This document shows, one piece after another, positions 56,929-59,324 of a stretch of 59,324 nt of DNA. The notes below the pieces were generated by a model. That model was not told where the DNA came from and made no database searches. It saw only the letters and a program-made list of their open reading frames with translations. The DNA comes from a virus (lineage: Duplodnaviria > Caudoviricetes): positions 1 through 59,324 of the IMG/VR virus record IMGVR_UViG_3300045120_000032. One strand, given 5' to 3'. How positions within the stretch are numbered: position 1 is the first letter of the stretch; every line of letters starts with the position of its first letter. A program made the translations under genes and the position numbers.

Positions 56929-57384
56929 TTACGGAGCGACACTGGCAGGCTTGCCAGCAACCGTGATTTCCACTTCCAGTAGTGCGGCAGAGGTAGCCTC
57001 GGAATCCACATCAGGAACAAGGACTCTCTTGAGAGTACCGTTCCACACGATGCGGTTACCGAACGGGTTACCATCGGGATCGAGTGGACGCTGTGTTACC
57101 ACAGCGGTCTGCTTACCTACAGCATTCAGCAGACTACCGATCTTGGGATGATCGTCCTTGCGGTCGTAGAGCCGTTGAAGTGTGACGTTACCAGGAACGA
57201 GCCGACCACCCAGAGATACAGACTGGTCAGTAGCACCTGGGTAATACTTCACTTCATCGGAGTCAAGCTCTCCACCAGTTTTCTTGTCCCAAAATCCCCA
57301 ACTGGTAGTACCGACCTGTAGAGTGATTGCAAACTGATCTTGTCTCGAACCATCAGTCGGCAGGTTAGTACGCGGATATCCCAT
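56929..57384 (-). CDS. Tail tube protein
   Basis: 151 aa after the sheath; GGE...LGG...GNVTLQR. Confidence 0.8.
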   Translation of the reverse strand: MGYPRTNLPTDGSRQDQFAITLQVGTTSWGFWDKKTGGELDSDEVKYYPGATDQSVSLGGRLVPGNVTLQRLYDRKDDHPKIGSLLNAVGKQTAVVTQRPLDPDGNPFGNRIVWNGTLKRVLVPDVDSEATSAALLEVEITVAGKPASVAP

Positions 57385-57404
57385 GTGTTATCCCTCCCTC
57401 CTGC

Positions 57405-58841
57405 TTACAGAGTTTGCGTGATCTGACGCTTGACGATCTGGATGACAACGTACTCGGCAAACGGACTCATCTTCACAGTCACGATTGCGTGGAGTTCGTT
57501 GTTAGCCAGCGTAGCTAGCGTATTCACAGTAGGCCCGGTGTCGATGCGGAACGCCTGCTCAGGCGTGTCACCGAACAGGTCACCACTGTTGAAGTGAGCG
57601 AGCATCGCACCTGCGAGAGATGCGCTGAACAGGTTGACTGTGGAACCGTTCTGACCGTCGATCTGTGCAAACACGTAGTTCTCACCGATAGCGTTCAGCT
57701 CAGCAGAGATATCCATGTAGAGCCGACCGTTACCGAAGTTGACCCACGAAGGATCACTGACAGAGTTGACGAGTGCGCGCCAGCCGTAGTTACGGATACC
57801 ACCATACAACCTGCGGATCACGTTGCAGGCGTTGGAGTTGAGGTCTGTACGAGTTGCGTCATCCCAATCAGGCTGAGACAGGTCTGTGCAGTACCGCGAG
57901 ATTCCGTTGTTACCAGAAGCAGGCGTGTTCGTGCTCAGGCTGGGATCGTTGCGAGCAATCAATCCAGCGATGAGAGCACACGGAGGTACTGTACGAACGG
58001 TACCCACCGTAAGCCCCGGAATCACAAGCCACGGCCCGAATGATGCACAGAAGCGACTTGTCACACCAGCAGCCGCAGCCTTCACAACTGCGGAAGTAGG
58101 ACTGTCAGGCAAATCCAGCAGACCAACACGATTGTTGGATTCCACATGAGTCTTGATCTGACTGAACGCCACTGAACTGTTGCGACCAGGAGCAGAAACC
58201 TGACCAGGCCCGAGTCCTGCACTAAACGATGCAAGTGCAACAGCCCACTCGTTGTCCGTGACACTTGCACGCTGATCGTTACCAGCGGAGAGTGCGGAGA
58301 GTGCAACAGGTACAGGATTCAGAGCAGTTGCACCTAGTACGACTCTGACGTAGTTGCTGTAGGAACTCCAAGCAACCGCTGCACCCTGCGTGAGTAGGTC
58401 ACCACTCTGTTCCAGAATGTTGTTGCTCGCATCTGAAACCTGAATCACAAACGATCCGCCTGTGATGCCAGCGATAACACCGACCTTGTAGTTGGCAGAC
58501 CAAGCACCAGGCCCAACTGCATTCACAACAAGGCTAGAACCTGCGCCGCTATCCAAGAGGCTCTTGGTACCCACCGTAGCACCTGGGCCAACCACGCGAC
58601 CGATGTAGACCCTGTTACCACCCTCGCGGAAGAACACTTCCACAGCATCATAGAGAACGCTGTAGGACTGACGAGAACCGAACACCGTGTTGAACTGGTC
58701 GATACTCTGAATCAGCGTGGCCTGGTTTGCAGGCCCACGATCAGCAGTACCAGCAGCGAACCACGTACCAGTATCAGACTGGTCAGATACCGGAGTCGGT
58801 AGTTCCAGTAGAGATACTGCGACACCTGGTCTAGCTGTCAT
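57405..58841 (-). CDS. Tail sheath protein
   Basis: RPGV, FFREGG..YIGRV, VPP...IAGLIAR.D, WGAR-like YGWRA, PFAEYV. Confidence 0.92.
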   Translation of the reverse strand: MTARPGVAVSLLELPTPVSDQSDTGTWFAAGTADRGPANQATLIQSIDQFNTVFGSRQSYSVLYDAVEVFFREGGNRVYIGRVVGPGATVGTKSLLDSGAGSSLVVNAVGPGAWSANYKVGVIAGITGGSFVIQVSDASNNILEQSGDLLTQGAAVAWSSYSNYVRVVLGATALNPVPVALSALSAGNDQRASVTDNEWAVALASFSAGLGPGQVSAPGRNSSVAFSQIKTHVESNNRVGLLDLPDSPTSAVVKAAAAGVTSRFCASFGPWLVIPGLTVGTVRTVPPCALIAGLIARNDPSLSTNTPASGNNGISRYCTDLSQPDWDDATRTDLNSNACNVIRRLYGGIRNYGWRALVNSVSDPSWVNFGNGRLYMDISAELNAIGENYVFAQIDGQNGSTVNLFSASLAGAMLAHFNSGDLFGDTPEQAFRIDTGPTVNTLATLANNELHAIVTVKMSPFAEYVVIQIVKRQITQTL

Positions 58842-59144
58842 TTACTTACCTCCCTTCGCATCTTCGTCGTCTTGTGATTGCGACTGTCCCTGTGCTTGTG
58901 CTTGGGGATCTGGCTCTACACCGATTGTGGAAGTTTCCACGAGAGTACCTGCGTTGATGAGATGGCTGATCCTCTCACTACTCACATCGGTATCAGACAG
59001 TTCCACGATTTCACCAGGCTCTAGCCAAGGCAGAGCATCACCGAGTTGTACCTCAGTTGCATGAGTACCCATAAACCTGTACTCAGTGGTACCTCCTGTG
59101 CTGGTTTGAGAAGCACCTGGCTTTGCAGAAGGAGTCGATGGCAT
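58842..59144 (-). CDS. Hypothetical protein upstream of the sheath
   Basis: SD GGAGGTG; 100 aa. Confidence 0.7.
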   Translation of the reverse strand: MPSTPSAKPGASQTSTGGTTEYRFMGTHATEVQLGDALPWLEPGEIVELSDTDVSSERISHLINAGTLVETSTIGVEPDPQAQAQGQSQSQDDEDAKGGK

Positions 59145-59197
59145 GTTACACCTCCCCTCATTCGTTGATGTCGATATTCATTATCACTTCTTGGAAA

Positions 59198-59324
59198 TCT
59201 TCGTAATCCTCCGGGTTCAGATCAGGAGTATCAGGGCCAATAGACCCAGGCCCACGTGCAACGACAGCATTGATTTCAAACTGGAACCAAATCTCCGCTG
59301 CCTTGTAGAGCCTGTGCTGGTTTG
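59198..59324. repeat. 127-bp direct terminal repeat (copy of 1-127)
   Basis: Exact identity with the window start. Confidence 0.95.

Overview
This window is a complete, circularly assembled tailed-phage genome of about 59,197 bp; bases 1-127 are repeated exactly at 59198-59324, which is a typical assembler overlap. It has two arms that diverge at about 10.5-12 kb and converge at about 40.2 kb. The minus arm wraps through the window ends. It carries the terminases, a C5 methyltransferase, a Mu-like portal and protease, the capsid, a contractile tail (sheath, tube, baseplate), four modular fibre/spike genes and the lysis genes. The plus arm carries many small early genes, tRNA-Tyr, an SNF2 helicase, a PD-(D/E)XK nuclease/AAA ATPase/SSB module, a primase-helicase, a dNMP kinase, an HNH nuclease, a UDG-fused PolA, a RuvC-like resolvase and a secreted Rpf/SLT-like enzyme. 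I saw no integrase. Two perfect LexA boxes and actinobacterial-type cell-wall hydrolase motifs suggest an Actinomycetota host (inference). The most unusual feature is a battery of about 9 non-coding elements, each enclosed in a helix of 8-24 bp. Several share a leader-hairpin/strand-swap design, and two are tRNA mimics (one with 67 nt in place of the anticodon loop). Several sit behind a promoter-like module that occurs six times and has 11-bp-spaced direct repeats. Next to these is a 1.4 kb CACGTG/ACGTGGGCG-saturated block beside the small terminase gene. All product calls come from motif recognition and gene order by eye; no database searches were run.
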